NCBI RefSeq assembly: GCF_009914755.1
Contig: NC_060945.1
Direction: 5' to 3' (one strand)
DNA from: the human T2T-CHM13v2.0 reference genome, Homo sapiens
Length of the DNA: 64,000 nt
Position numbers and translations under genes: made by a program
Shown here: positions 16,626 through 32,146 of the stretch, piece after piece
Layout: each line of letters opens with the position of its first letter
How positions within the stretch are numbered: position 1 is the first letter of the stretch
Notes under the pieces: model-generated
The model's input: only the letters and a program-made list of their open reading frames with translations
Database searches by the model: none
What the model was told of the DNA's origin: nothing

Positions 16626-17098
16626 TGTGAACCCTGAATATCTGAGACAGGTCTCAGTTAATTTAGAAAGTTTATCTTGCCAAGGTTGAGGGCATGCACA
16701 GGTGACACAGCCTGAGAAGGTCCTGATGACATGTAGCCAAGGTGGTCAGATCATAGTTTGGTGTTATACATTTTAGGGAGACATGAGACATCAATCAACA
16801 CATGTAAGATGAACATTAGTTGTGCCTGGAAAGGCAAGACAACTCAAAACAAAGGCACGAAGACTTGAGGTGGGGAGTGGGCTTCCAGGTAATGGGTAGG
16901 TAAGAGACAAATGATTGCATCTTTTGAGTTTCTGATTAGCTCCTCCAAAAGATACCATCACATATGCGTTTATCTCAGTGGTCAGAAGGGTGACTTTGAA
17001 TAGAATGGGAGGCAGGTTGACCCTAAACAGTTCCCAGCTTGACTTTTTCACTTTAGCTTAGTGATTTTTAGGGCCCCAAGATTTATTTTCCTTTCACA
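16626..17098 (-). mobile_element. MER4A1-like ERV1 solo LTR
   Basis: TGTGAACCC..CTGAGACAGGTCTCAGTTAATTTAGAAAGTTTAT...CAAGATTTATTTTCCTTTCACA. Confidence 0.88.
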
Positions 17099-17529
17099 GT
17101 GTGTTTTCCTTCTTGTTGACTTACCATATTTTCTTTTATATTATGCTATGGAGTTGGAATTTTCTTGTATTTTGGAGTCTACAAAGCTGTTGTTTTCTAA
17201 GTAAACTCTTTAATACATCATGTTCAGAAATGTGCTTCTTCAGTGAATCACAAAGTTCTTGACAATATTTTCATATTTTGCAGATTTTTGATAGGTACTC
17301 TGCTGTTTGTCTGCTTTCTCGGTTATTCTTTTATGAATGGATGACATCTCTCCATAGCTGGTCTTTACACAGAGACTTAATGGCCCCAGAATCATCACAA
17401 AGTAGTTGAATTTTAGCTGAGGTGTCCAGTGAGTTCTGTTTCCTAAAATATTTACTTGGAGTAATACCACTTTCTTTTATTTTCACTGACTAGGACTCTT
17501 ATTATTTTCAAGAATGAGATTTATCATAT

Positions 17530-17889
17530 TGAGGCAGGAAAATAGAATCTGGAGGCAGAGAGCATAAGGCCAATTCACACTTCAGCTATGACAGGAAATA
17601 TCCTCTCTATAGGGCATAGGCCCAGTAAATGACTTTGTAACTTTACTTCATCCTCTCCATTTACATAGGGCATACCCGAAGTAACTAATGGAATCCTCTA
17701 GAGGGTATTTAAACTCCCGAAAGTTCTGTAACAGTGCCCTTGAGCCCTTTGCTTGGGCCCGCTCCCACACTGTGGAGTGTATGCTTTCATTTTCAATAAA
17801 TCCCTTCATTCCTTCCTTGTTTTGTTTGTGTGTTTTGTCCAATACTTTGTTCAAGATGCCAAGAACCTGGACACCCTCCACCAGTGATA
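17530..17889 (+). mobile_element. MER61A-like (MER51/MER61 group) ERV1 solo LTR
   Basis: TGAGGCAGGAAAATAG..GGCCAATTCACACTTCAGCTATGACAGG; TATTTAAA box, AATAAA, end CCAAGAACCTGGACACCCTCCA; 4-bp TSD ATAT on both sides. Confidence 0.85.
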
Positions 17890-18174
17890 ATATGATTCTT
17901 CTTTCACAATATATTACTTACACAATGTTGGAGCTTGCTTTAGCATTATGAGTACAATGACTGATCCAGTGATTTTGGATCAGTCATTTCCTAAGTGTTA
18001 TTATGCAAAAAACTACAAATAGAATCCGCTAACATTGAAAGGATTCTTAAAACTTTCTTCACAATACATTGTATCTCAAAGTTTAAGCCACTGTTCCTCA
18101 GTACAATGAACCCCGAAACTTTGTGTAATGTATCTTTCTTGCTTTAGTATTTTTTTCTCTTTCAACATCCCTAG

Positions 18175-18560
<386 letters not shown>

Positions 18561-18639
18561 TCCCTTACATATTCTAACTGAACCTGCCCTTACCACAAAG
18601 GCACCACTTACTCTGAAGCCATTGTAAGTAGAGATTGGT

Positions 18640-18899
18640 TTATTTATCACAATCTCCAGGAAATTTAAAAAAATTACCTCTAGATATAGATTGATATATA
18701 GATAAAGAAATGTAGGTCTAGATATTTATGTATGTATATATTCTGTTCTCTTCTACCATTTTATTACTGATTATTTTATCACAGTCCCCAGGAATTAAAA
18801 AAATTTATATAATGGAGAGTAATATAAATATAGTTATATAGATATAAGATATAGATAGGTATGCATATATTCTAGTGTCTTATACCATTTTATCACTGA
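18640..18899. repeat. diverged ~130-bp tandem duplication
   Basis: TTTATCACAATCTCCAGGAAATTTAAAAAAATT...TACCATTTTATTACTGA and TTTATCACAGTCCCCAGGAATTAAAAAAATTT...TACCATTTTATCACTGA. Confidence 0.75.
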
Positions 18900-19099
18900 A
18901 AAATATGAAAAACTACATCTTGATTATCTTTCTTCCTTAAATACAAAAACTACTCTTCTTGATGGCTAATGCCTGTTTCTGGACACCATTCGTACCTCAC
19001 AAGTACGTTCAACCTGTCTTGAAACTATATCTTCCCACTTATTTTTAAAGACACAAAAATCTCAATTCAAATTACGTGGACCTCTCCAGATATATCTAT

Positions 19100-19475
19100 T
19101 TCTTCTTCTTAACACTACATTTATCAAAAATTTTATTTAACTATTATCTTTGTTCCTCACTCCGCACTAACTCCTGTATTGCTCCACCAAAACTACTCTA
19201 ATTTTGTCTTCACATAGGTCATTTTACAGAGATTTTCAGCTCCCATATTACTTGACTTCTCAGCAGATTTTGTCCTAGTGAAATCCTGTGTTCTTTTGGT
19301 AACATTCTATTCCTTTGTTGTGACCCAGTTTTCTCTTTGTTTTCCTATTATGACCCTTGCTGGCTGATGCTATACTATCTGGATAAGAAAAGTTGAAAAT
19401 CCTCAATATTTATTACAAGCTATCTGCTTTGCTAAAATTATATCCTTTTCCTGGACAATCATACACGACACACAC

Positions 19476-19506
<31 letters not shown>

Positions 19507-19640
19507 GAACTATTTTTTTCAATTCTGCAAGTAGCTTACAAATTTATTTCTTAATCACCTTTCTGTTCACAAGAGTCTCATATCCAACCTCATATGTTTG
19601 GTATTTTTCTTGAATGTCTTAGAGTTGTCTCAAGCAAACC
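19100..19640 (+). mobile_element. L2 LINE fragment (RT region), containing a (CA)n at 19468-19506
   Basis: CCCATATTACTTGACTTCTCAGCAGATTTT translates P-I-L-L-D-F-S-A-D-F, cf. L2 RT ILLDLSAAFD. Confidence 0.65.
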
Positions 19641-19649
19641 CAACATGCT

Positions 19650-19735
19650 TACTATACTTTGCATGTTTGTCCCCTCCAAACCTCATGTTGAATTTTGATT
19701 CGCAGTGTTGGAGGTGGGGCCTAATGGGTGGTGTT
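19650..19735 (+). mobile_element. MST-type MaLR LTR 5' fragment
   Basis: ATGTTTGTCCCCTCCAAACCTCATGTTGAA..GTGTTGGAGGTGGGGCCTAATGGG. Confidence 0.75.
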
Positions 19736-21179
19736 CCTTCACAATTCTCCATAAATTAACAGGTTCCTCAAACTGAAAGCCAGTCTTCTGGAAATGGCTG
19801 GACAACTAGAGATGAAATAATGTCCAATTCCTTGATTTACCATATTGTAGTACAAGTAAATTCCTATTTTGAAGCAGTTTCTCCATGATGATATTGCTTG
19901 CCATTTCAGCACATGCATTTCTACTATTTTCTCAATAGCAACTATCCTAAACTTCTGTGGGTTTTCCTAATACACTCACAGAATGTAGAATTTCTGGATT
20001 GTGGTAGCATGTGCTAAAAGTTAAGTATAATTCTAGTTCTGATTCAGAATATATCATGTAGTAAACTTATGAGAAAATATGAAAAACTTGAACCAAAACA
20101 CATTAAACATGGTCATAAAAAGACATAGTCAATTATGGTTTTGCAAAAGCCCTTGTAAAGCTGAAAAGATTGTTGGTATAAAAAGCTAATCTGTTTCTAT
20201 TACTGACTAAGGTGTATGATAATTATATTTATGTTATCAAGGGTGAGCAGGCAATGGATATAAAAGAGATAAGAACAGATGAACCAATCTCAGTGTTATC
20301 TATCTGCCTTCTACAGAAATGCATTAAGGGAAAGAGCAATGTTGTTATTCTACTGTGAAAAGGAAATTATGAAATTTTAAATTTGTGCCAATAGAAGCAA
20401 AGAGAAGTGGAAAGATGGGTGAAACTGATCACTGTAAGCATCTGGTTTCAGTAATTCAGTCTGCTCAAAATAAATGTTTATGATAGGAAGTCGGCAGCAC
20501 TTGTAAGTTGATAATTTATAAATGTGAAAACTAACTCCCCTCCAAAATACTTGATCACAATGTATTTTTTCAAACTAGTATGCTGTGGAAGAAATGCCTT
20601 TAGCTTCTAGATGAATGTTTACTAAAAACAGGCCCCATGTTGTTAATTCTATTTTTATAATGTTGATATTCACATCAGGCTTAACTAGGCATAAAATAAA
20701 AACAAAATAAGGCACTATAATTTTTTATTCAATTTAAGAATTATAAGTAATTTTATTTACACATGAGAAATGCAAAGCTAATTTTATATGACATTTTACA
20801 TTTACATAAAGTTAAATACTTAAAGGTATGTATTTTGATAACCATTGATTTATTTTTTAAATGGTCTAATTAAAATCATATTTGAATTCTCAATTATTTT
20901 CACTACTAAATAAAGCATCATGACTGAATATAATCTTAAAAAGGATATTCATTCCTACAAATATGGGGAGAATACAGTTATTAAAGTTTTAAATTATACA
21001 TTTAATATTTCAAAATTTAATGAGTGACATTATACGTTGTAAAAGTACAGTATCATAGTATCTTGATATGTTAAAATCTTGGATGTCATCAACAAACTTA
21101 TAAATAGTTTCCTTAAAAATTTAACTAACATGCTATAGAATTAATTTTCATGGTCTCAAATTGTACTGACTGATATTGT

Positions 21180-21278
21180 AACCAATAGTAGCAGTCCTAG
21201 ACTAGTGTCAGTTACCATATGGTACAGCACAAACAGAGAACGTTTTTTATCATCTCAAAGTTCTACAGGACAGTACTG
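21180..21278 (-). mobile_element. MER3-like hAT fragment
   Basis: TACCATATGGTACAGCACAAACAGAGAAC..CATC..AAAGTTCTACAGGACAGTACTG. Confidence 0.6.
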
Positions 21279-21938
21279 TTATAAAACTATTCAATTTATA
21301 AAAACAATTTCATGACTTACCCTTATTCTTTTTCTTTATTTTTTTATTATTAAATATGTGACCACTGTGGAAATTTAAAGTTAGCTCATAATTTGCTTTA
21401 AAAACATAAAATCCATAACTATTTTGAAGCAAAGTCTCACAGCAATGTCATTTGTTTTCTTTAACTGTTTTTCTAAGTCAGTTCGGAAAACAAAGAAGGT
21501 AAAATTAAATCACTATTGATTAAACATCTAGCAATGAGACTCTTATTTCACCTTGTCTCTTAAATACATTAAAATTCAGACCAAATAATCTTTACAAAGA
21601 AAAAATAACTTAAAGCCAAACAAGCGGAAGACTTAAGTGATGCAGAGTGTATTTCTTATTCATTTGTACAGAAAACTATATTTCTATATAACTTTTGCAG
21701 AATTCTATACAAGGCAATTGTTTTCTGAAATGAAGTAGATTTCTATGACATACACAGACTTCATTTTCGGACTACTTCTTTTAATGTCAAAACGAATGCA
21801 ATTATCTGATATCACCATATTTATAATGCTTATTATTTTATTTGGTTAATTAATAATTAAATCATATATAACAATTATATGCTACTTCTTAAATTAAGAA
21901 CTGTAAAGGCCCATATTTACCCAGGTTTCGCTGATCTC

Positions 21939-22384
21939 TGTTAAAAGAAAAATTTTAGACAAATTAAATTTAACAGAGTTTATGATTGATAGCAAAGAAT
22001 GATTCATGAATTAGGTAGCACTCAGAAGAGATTCAGAGAGTTCTACCCAGCAGTGTGGGCAGCAAGCTTTATAGGCTTTATACTTTTGGAAGGAAAGTAG
22101 AGAAATCACCTGATTGGCTACATCTAGGCCTTTGCCCTTTTTAAACATAGCATGATGAGCCATTTGTTTTACTTGGGCATGGGGCCTGATTAGTTGGCTG
22201 CTCATGATTGTCTGAAGTTTATCTTTGATTGGCTGAAATTCAGCTGTTCGTTATGAAAATATACTCCCAAGTTAGGCTTCAGTTTGTTTACTTACTATAA
22301 TAAGTTAGGTTGTGGCTTGTTGCTTAGAAACTCAAAGTCCAGAGACAGTCTCAGGCTAATGGCCTCCTGCCCACTTATTTGGCA
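21939..22384 (-). mobile_element. MER57/MER93-group ERV1 solo LTR
   Basis: TGTTAAAAGAAAAATTTTAGACAAATTAAATTTAACAGAGTTT, several GATTGGCT (reverse CCAAT) motifs, ends in CA. Confidence 0.8.
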
Positions 22385-23097
22385 TCCCCTTTGGCAACTA
22401 TTGTTTTGAAATAATAGTGAAATATCCAGTTCACAAGCAAACATTGTCCTTTTTTAACTGTAAATTGATGACATTGGAAATGCTCTAACATTGCTTCAGA
22501 GGCTATAATTCTCTTTAAGAACCTTGAGTGTAGAGTTTTTATTTAACCTATTAACAAGCATGTTATTTTTAACAGGCAAGACACCTATGTACTATCGAAC
22601 ATAGTACATGCACAGTAAGTATATGTTCAACTAAATTAACAAACAGTCCACTAAATTTGTCACAGGTCTGGCCTATAATGGTTGATCAATAAATATTTGT
22701 TCAATGAATTAAAATATAACTAAGGAGCCTAAAAGAGTGATGAAATAACCACTAATATGCATATACCAATATAAACATATGTATTATTTTATCAGTTGAG
22801 TCTACTTATGCTAATTAAAATTGAAAATTTCCCCAGAATTCTGTTTTTTAACTACTGAAACTATAAAAGCCTGAACACGAAAAACAATTGTGTTGTCAAA
22901 TATACATCTTTGAGGTCTTTCCACTTCTTTCTATTGTAATATCCTAAATGGTAGCCTGGAAGACCGAGAGTCCACGTGAGCGTCAAATAGCTTTATCACA
23001 AAGAACATTGGATAAGTATTTAGATTTCACATTTCAGCTTATGTTTTCTACTACATATCAAACTACATAAAAATAAATCAATAGAAATGTATTGGTT

Positions 23098-23220
23098 TTA
23101 TGACCTTAACGAAATTCACTTAAACTCTCCAAATGTCAATTTACACAGCTGAAAATGTAATCAATAATATCTGTATTTCTGAGTCCAGTACTTTTTATAA
23201 GTATTAAATCACTGTTATAA
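23098..23220 (+). mobile_element. MIR fragment
   Basis: TGACCTTAACGAAATTCACTTAAACTCTCC..CAGCTGAAAATGTAATCAATAAT. Confidence 0.5.
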
Positions 23221-25440
23221 ACATTTTTCAAAAGCAAGGACTCATATTTAAAGATAAAAGATCATATTTTATAAAGACAAAAACATCATATTTAAAGTAC
23301 TCAGGAGGAACATCTAATAGCATTATTAGTCATTTATGAAGAATTCTATTTATAAATTATTTAGATAAAAAGTGATTATACTTTTTTAACCATATATGTA
23401 TCTTAGCACTCGATGCTCTTCCAAATACTTATTGGTTATTTAGAAATACCAACTGAAGTTATGATTCATAGCTGAATTATGATACAATATTTTCTGAGGA
23501 TATAATATATTTAAAAATTAAAGGCAATTGCTGGGTTGATAAGTATTTATGTCTTGGAGCCTCAAGAACACTGGCTCTCAAAACATATTTTAGAGACTTT
23601 AATTTGACATATAAGATCCCTCAGATAATCGACAATATAATCTAATCTTATACTAATGCCACTTAATAAATGTTATCAGTTTACTGGTTTCTGAATTAGT
23701 TGCTATGAAAAGAGTAACAAACATCCTTAGGTGACTGCATTAAGCCATCAGTAACTTCACAAGCCATTATTGAATGACTCATTGAATGAGTCCTATGTCC
23801 AGTAAGTGTGGGGAATTGGAAAATTTGACTCCAAAATAATGATTGTGCCAGCTAACATTTAAAGCATATAGTTTTCTGGAGATAATTTTAGAATTAAAAC
23901 AGAAGTTTAAAACAATCACACATTTTTTCAAGTGTCACAATTAGTCTCCATAAATTGAATAGGGAAAAACATCCAAACAGTTCCTATTGGTCTGAAATAG
24001 TTTATGCCACTTAAGAAGGTTTGAAATTCTTAAGGTTTATGATAAAACTCTTCGTTTTCATTGGTAATATGATTAATAATGAATGTTTTATTAATAGTTC
24101 ATCTTATAATTGTAAGTGCTGAGTTAAGGGAAATTTGATAGCTTTTCCTGCACTTGATCTTACAGTCAAGAGCCACATTTTAAAATCCATTGCTCTAATT
24201 ATAGTCAACCACTGAAATAGTGTTTTGTCAGTTTTCCTCTGGGACATGGATTGATGTTTTTATCCTCTGTAAAAGCCAGCATGATCACTCAACAAGGATT
24301 ATACCTTATTTTCTGTAAATAGAGTATGATATTAATATTGGAAGCTCTTGAAAATTATTTAAAACTTGTCAAGTTTTCTGCCCTCATTGAGTGATGATTG
24401 ATGAGGCAATATTTGCAATCTGTAGTAAGTTTTATGAGTGAAAGTTGTTGAATAAGTAATAGAGTACAAGCTACTTTAATTAAATAATAATTTATTAGAA
24501 ATTTCCCCATTTCTTCTCCTTCCAAAGATACTTGGAAAACCAATTAATGAAATATTTATGACATTTAAGAAACCAAAATTAAGATTTTTTTTTTGTTTCA
24601 TCATAGAACACTTAATAGCTCATTGTTTCTTGTAGTTGAAATATTTCTCACCAGGCAAATATCTTACATTTCTAATGGTGCCAAAAACGGGAGCAGCAAT
24701 GATATCAATAACGAAAGCAAAATTATTTTGAATGGTTAAAGACATTTTTTACTACCAGTTCTGCAAAAACTAATAACTGATAATCATGCTGTTGTTTCAC
24801 ATAATTTTATCCTATAGTGTCTGTTTTTCATTGTACTATGCAATGACTGTTTTTGTGGAATGTACAGAATGAGAAGGTGATTTTTATTTAACGTTCATTA
24901 TACTTTAATTTCATTAGGTATTTTAGTTAAATGAGGCCAAATTGCACGGGTTCAGCTTAACTGATTTTTGTATAGACAAATAAACTGTCTTTATTGTTTT
25001 TAACAGACATGCTAGAATTTGACTTAGATCATTAAATCATATCTACTTATTTACAAAGATGTTTTGAGAATGGATTTTTAAAATTAATTAAGTTTAAATA
25101 TCAGACCAACATGTCAAAACAAATACTATATAATTCCATACTCTAAAATACTTATTGTACTTTTATTTTTATAACTAATACTAAGATATGCCCAGTGTTC
25201 TCATGAGCATTACACTTACTATAGAAAGCAAACATCTCATCAAATTTAAATTCTTAGAAATGTGGAATATATCTTCAAAAATCTAAGTCATAACTAAAAT
25301 AATTTTGTTAATTTAGATTATTTTATTAAATATATTTTCATTCCATTCATCTGGCTGACATTTTGAAATGAAATGCAAACAATTCTCCAATTAATAATTT
25401 AATTTTTAAAGATGAGTTTAATATTAAAAATTATTACATT

Positions 25441-26084
<644 letters not shown>

Positions 26085-27153
26085 TTGATAGGAATTTCTT
26101 TGTAACATACTTAGTAATTTGAAATGAATTCAAAATAGTTCACATAATCTCATGCACATATTATACATTCAAATGATTTTGAAAATGATCGGCATAAATA
26201 TTTGCAAATCTAGCTTTATCTAAAAATTGTTAACAAGATAGGAGAATATTTTTATTTATGCAAATTTTAAATGCCTTTTTAAGATCAGAATTTCCAAACA
26301 GATATGTTTAGTCTATGAGGAAATTGTTTTGATCTACAGTCATATAAATGAAGAACCAGTAATCTGATTCTAAACTTAGAAGTAAAGAGGAATTCCTAGT
26401 AACTTAGAAAATGTGCCCAACAAGTACAAAACTGTTAATTCAAAAATTAAGATAAACTCAATTCTGAGATAAATTATAAAAATTATTAAATAATTATTTT
26501 ATGTGAAGAGGCAATAACAATAGAAAAAATATCCCCAATGCCTGTATCTCATTTATTTATTATTATTATTTTACTTAAAATAAATTGTAAAAGGTACATA
26601 GTAGTAGTTTCCTAGCCTCCTAAGCCTTTCCCATAGAAAGTATTCATTTCAGGGCCGCAGGGCAATTCAGTGATGCTTTCCAACACTCAGTGTTGTTGTC
26701 GACACTGTCATTATTATCAAAATTGACTCCTTTTAAAATAGTTCAAAAATAAATCCTGTATATTTATCTCTGAAGTCTGCATTTGTGTGTTATTTTCTTG
26801 CTATTTGTTTCCCTGTCTAAGAATGCTAGAATAAAGCTACCATGAGAAAAGAGGGTATATTTTCCCCAAATACTCATAAAATTGTGGATATTTAATCTAA
26901 TGAGAGACTGAACAGAAATATTCCGCATTGTAGGAACACCTGCCACCTGAGGATCAGGGTGCCTCATAAAAACAGCTGTACTGAGTAACCTCTATCCCCT
27001 CTACCACACTGATGCACTGATCTGCGGCACCTAGGTGCTACCAATTAGGCAGGCCACTGGAAGATTCTATTCTGGGAAACATGACCTCTTACGGAAGAGA
27101 GATAAACTATACAAATGGTTGTGACTGATGTACATTTTTTTTTCTTAATTTAA

Positions 27154-27563
<410 letters not shown>

Positions 27564-27567
27564 CATT

Positions 27568-27866
27568 TATTTATTATTATTTTGTGTGTGTGTGTGGGTG
27601 TGTGTGTGTGAGACAGAGTCTTGCTCTGTCACCCAGGCTGGAGTGCAGTGTGGTGACCTCAGCTCACTGCAACCTTCACCTCCCAGGTTCAAGCAATTCT
27701 CTTGCCTCAGCCTCCTGAGTAGCTGATACTACAGGTGCCCACCACCATGCCCACCTAATATTTGTAGTTTTTTAGTAGAGACAGGGTTTCACCATGTTGG
27801 CCAGGCTGGTCTCGAACTCCCGACCTCAGGTGATCCTCCCACAGACATGAGCCATAGTGCCCAGCC
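27568..27866 (-). mobile_element. AluS (Sx/Sz-like) with (TG)n tail and ~28-bp deletion
   Basis: GACCTCAGGTGATCCTCCC joined directly to ACAGACATGAGCC. Confidence 0.92.
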
Positions 27867-28259
27867 CTCCCTTGTCTTTAGTGTGTTGAATCTGATTTTC
27901 ATCATTAGCCGTGTGTTCCCTAAAGATTTGCAATGTGGAGGAGAAACAAGGCATTTGCTTCTTCCTCCAGGAGTGGTAACCGAATGTTGGGGTTTAGGTG
28001 GGAATTTTTGCAGTAACCTCTGAATGCCTCTGACATTCATTCACACTGAGGCTTCAGAGGAACTGCTAAGTCAGTATCCTGACTCTAGCTGGTAGCTGCT
28101 GTTTTTTTGACTGAATATCTGTTAGATCAAGAAATCTAAGTTAGTGTGGTGCTTATTCTAACTTCTCTTCTAAGCCTTCCAATAACTGTGATATTATTAA
28201 CTCACTTTGTTATTGAAAAACCTATTTATTTTTCATGAAACTCTTGGACAATAAATGCA

Positions 28260-29380
28260 TTATATCATTAATTAAATTATTGAAAAATGTTAGACACTTG
28301 GGGAAATTTCTCAGAGAGCAGAGAGAAATAGGAAAAAAAATTTTAAAGTAGATAACAATATAAATGATAGCAGTTCTTGTTACTCAACAGAGAGGACTTG
28401 AACAACTAACTAATTCAAGGTTCTTTCTGTTAACAGACAAAGTATCTAACTTTAAAAGACACACCCAATGATAAACCCAAAGAGTAAGAAAAAACCACAT
28501 GATGGGTGCATTATGCTGAAATGTGAGAGTTCTGAGGTCAAAAAGAAGTTCCTACAAGATTGCAGAAGAATTTTTAAAAGTACACACAAAAGATCAAGCA
28601 TCAGAACTATATTAGTTTTCAACAACCACAATTGGAAACCACTATTGGAAAACTAAGAAGATATTAATAATTCCAATATTAAAATATCAAAGAAGATATT
28701 AAAAATTCCAAGGTAAAATTATTTCCAACTCAGAATAAAATTTCTAGCCAAACAAATTGCAAAATAAAGTTTGCCAGATATGCAAAGTATCAAAAATTTT
28801 CTTCCCATTCCCATTGTCTCAAGAAGCTACTAAAGGAGGTACCTCATAAAAATAGTTTTTAGTATTTGGAGATCCGTATTGGAACACGTAAGATAACTCT
28901 GAGATTGCTATCTTTTAGAAGGTTAAAAATGATAAGCTTGCATATTTTAAAAGCAAATTTACATGTATAGTGGATTAATTGCTAAATTATGATAAATACC
29001 CAGATACAGAGTAAATGACAACAATGTAATCATTGGGATTACATTGGGATTACTCCATGGGAAACAAGCAAAAACAAATGTATATAATAAAAAAATCATA
29101 GTAGACTCCTTGCCTCAGCCGTATAAAGGGAAAACAACATATATAATATGTGTAGGGCAATCTTATATTTGTTAACAAATCAATAAATTATCAAGAAATG
29201 TAAGCATATTTTGTAAATATATGCAGAAAAATATCAAAAACCACAGAAAAAATTCTTTCAAGTGGCTGCCCCTAGGACAGAATGCACAGGAAAATGTATG
29301 ACATTCTTTTAAATTTCAGTGATACTTGAAAAACTACTTGACATTTTAACTTAGTCATATATGATTTGATAAAAGCAAAA
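28260..29380 (+). mobile_element. HAL1-like (half-L1) element, degenerate
   Basis: ORF1-like remnant (ORF 28468..28656), ATTATTTCCAACTCAGAAT..CTCAAGAAGCTACT..GAGGT, 3' AAGTGGCTGCCCCTAGG..TTTGATAAAA. Confidence 0.6.
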
Positions 29381-29857
29381 GTTGCCTTTTAATAGACCAA
29401 TTAGGCTGCATTGGCTTCGTGATTTTCAAATAAACAGTACACTAAATTTCAAGCTGTATGTATTCCTGTGGTGTTTTAATGTTTCAAGTGAGTATGCATT
29501 TTGTATAGCAGAAAACAATCATATTTTAAGGTGAAGAGGACAAAAGTGTGCTATATTTTTTAACTTTTTTTTTTAATTTGAGAATATCCACCTATGGGCA
29601 CTTTACTTTCAAACACATATTTACAGAGTTGTTTTCCTTAGAACCCTGTCCATGACCTTCCATTGTCTTTTAGTTTTGAAAATTGCCTGAGAGTATTTTA
29701 AGTCTAGACTCATTTTGATGCTTTTCCTGAAAATAAGCTATATACCAGCTGGATTATAATTAAGACATACAGAAATTCCTGCAGAATGACTCTAGACTTA
29801 GTTTGGAAATGATTCTAGTTTGCATTCTATTTTGCACAAATAATTTGGAAGAAAAAA

Positions 29858-29885
29858 ATCTCTCTCTCTATATATATATATATAT
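29858..29885. repeat. (TC)n(TA)n microsatellite
   Basis: direct observation. Confidence 0.85.
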
Positions 29886-31756
29886 TTGTGATTGTTCTAT
29901 AGTTTTGTTTTTGTTGTGTTTTTTCTTGTTTATAAAAATTTTAGGTATAGATATCAAAGCAATGTTTTTTACATAGAATTTTCATCTTTACTATGCTTTA
30001 CTAGTCTAAATTATACAAGATTTATTCAATTTGGCCACCGGAGACTTTTAGGAATGCAATTTGTTAATGCAAACTTTTGTTTCTCCAATGGTAATTAACT
30101 TTTTCAGGGAATCCTTTTTCTTCTTCATTAGCTAATATCTATAATATAATGACAATGATTATATAATATTAATAATTTAATAATTATTTTTTATTTTGAA
30201 AATTTTTCATTTACTTGACAAATATTTTAATATACTTATTTGTCTTAAATACCAATTTAATTAACAACACGATTTTGGGAAAATTCCTCTTTTCTTCTAT
30301 AAAATATTCTTAATTTCAAGTGCCTTCTATTTGAAGTCATTTTATGTTTTTATGTTTTATCTGTTTGTTGGTTTATTTTGCTTTAGAATTTCCTTCTCTT
30401 AACCTGGTGTGTGAATATCAGAATGTATAGAGTTAAATTTCTTTGAATGACCTTAGTTATAGAAATATGCCAGAATAGTTTTAATTATAAGTGTCTAGAA
30501 GATAATTTTGGCTGACATGGTGCTCAAAAGCTATATTGAAAGCTACCCCTCTCAGCAAGATAAGGAAGAGAAGGTTAGATGGCCTTAGCATGTCCATGGT
30601 CACAGAAATACTATTTAAATGAAAGGAAGAAAGAGACAACTATGCAACAGAAATCTTGATATGATTAGAGCTTCTTTATTAAAATCCATAACTTTTTCGT
30701 CTCCTAGGAATACAAATAATATGTCATGCAGCTTATGCCTTTCATAAAACTTTTAATACAAGTTAACAGAAATGCTGTTGATTTACTTAGCAGGATAACA
30801 TTTTCTATAAGAATCAAAACTACTGATTTAGCTATAAAAGAATTCACAACATTTGCATTAATTAATCCAGCTTCATATATAATATAATGTGTGAATTTTC
30901 TAGCTGCTCACAATTCATTTTGGCTCTTTATTTTCATGAATGATGATTATGATTATGATCATGATCATTGTGTCTGAAGATACTCAAATATAATATCACG
31001 TTTTTTTTTCTTTCAAAATTAATACCCTGGGAAAAAAGAACCTAACATCAAATGCTTATATTATTTCCTTGATGTTGTTATTTTTACAGTCATTAATCCC
31101 TACCATGGATGTCAGTAAATAAATTTAAGTTTGGAATATATTGAAGATTACCTAGGAACACGATCAGAATGTGTGTGAATGTGTGTGTGATTCTGAATTC
31201 TGATACACAACAGAGGAATGACTGGCAGATTTCACACCCAAGCCTTTAGTGTCAGTAAACTAGATAAGAATATTGTAAATATGAATGAACAACCATTAGA
31301 AAGGAAGAGAGATAAAAAGGGGAGGAAAATGTTCAGCTTCATGAAAAGAGAATGAAAGTAATCAGTGTCACTAAAATTCAAAACACTAGTGAACATTGGT
31401 TTAAAAATTAGCAACAGATATCAGTGACAGTATGAACAAAAATAATTAACAATTAAATTGAAAATTACAGCTGCATATCATTGTTTCTCAAATATATACC
31501 AGCTAATAGAGAAATAAGGATTCTCACAATTTATTTTAATTTAATCTTCTTCACACATTTCAGACATATTACAAATTCAAAAATGGTTAAACAAGTTTAA
31601 CACCTCCAGAGTAGTCATTAAAAAATCGAATATAATTTATATGAAATAGTGTGAAGTGCCAAGTAAGTAGTAAACGATTTAATCTTATGACAAAATACTA
31701 CATATTAATGGACCAAGTCATCAAAGTGTCTACAAGTATTAAAAATAAGACATCTA

Positions 31757-32146
<390 letters not shown>

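Noticed and set aside
17610-17680. p53 response element in the MER61-like LTR
   Set aside because: GGGCATAGGC and GGGCATACCC do not fit RRRCWWGYYY and are not paired
23769-23792. 12-bp tandem/palindrome containing a TGACTCA (AP-1) site
   Set aside because: Too short to support a regulatory call without chromatin data
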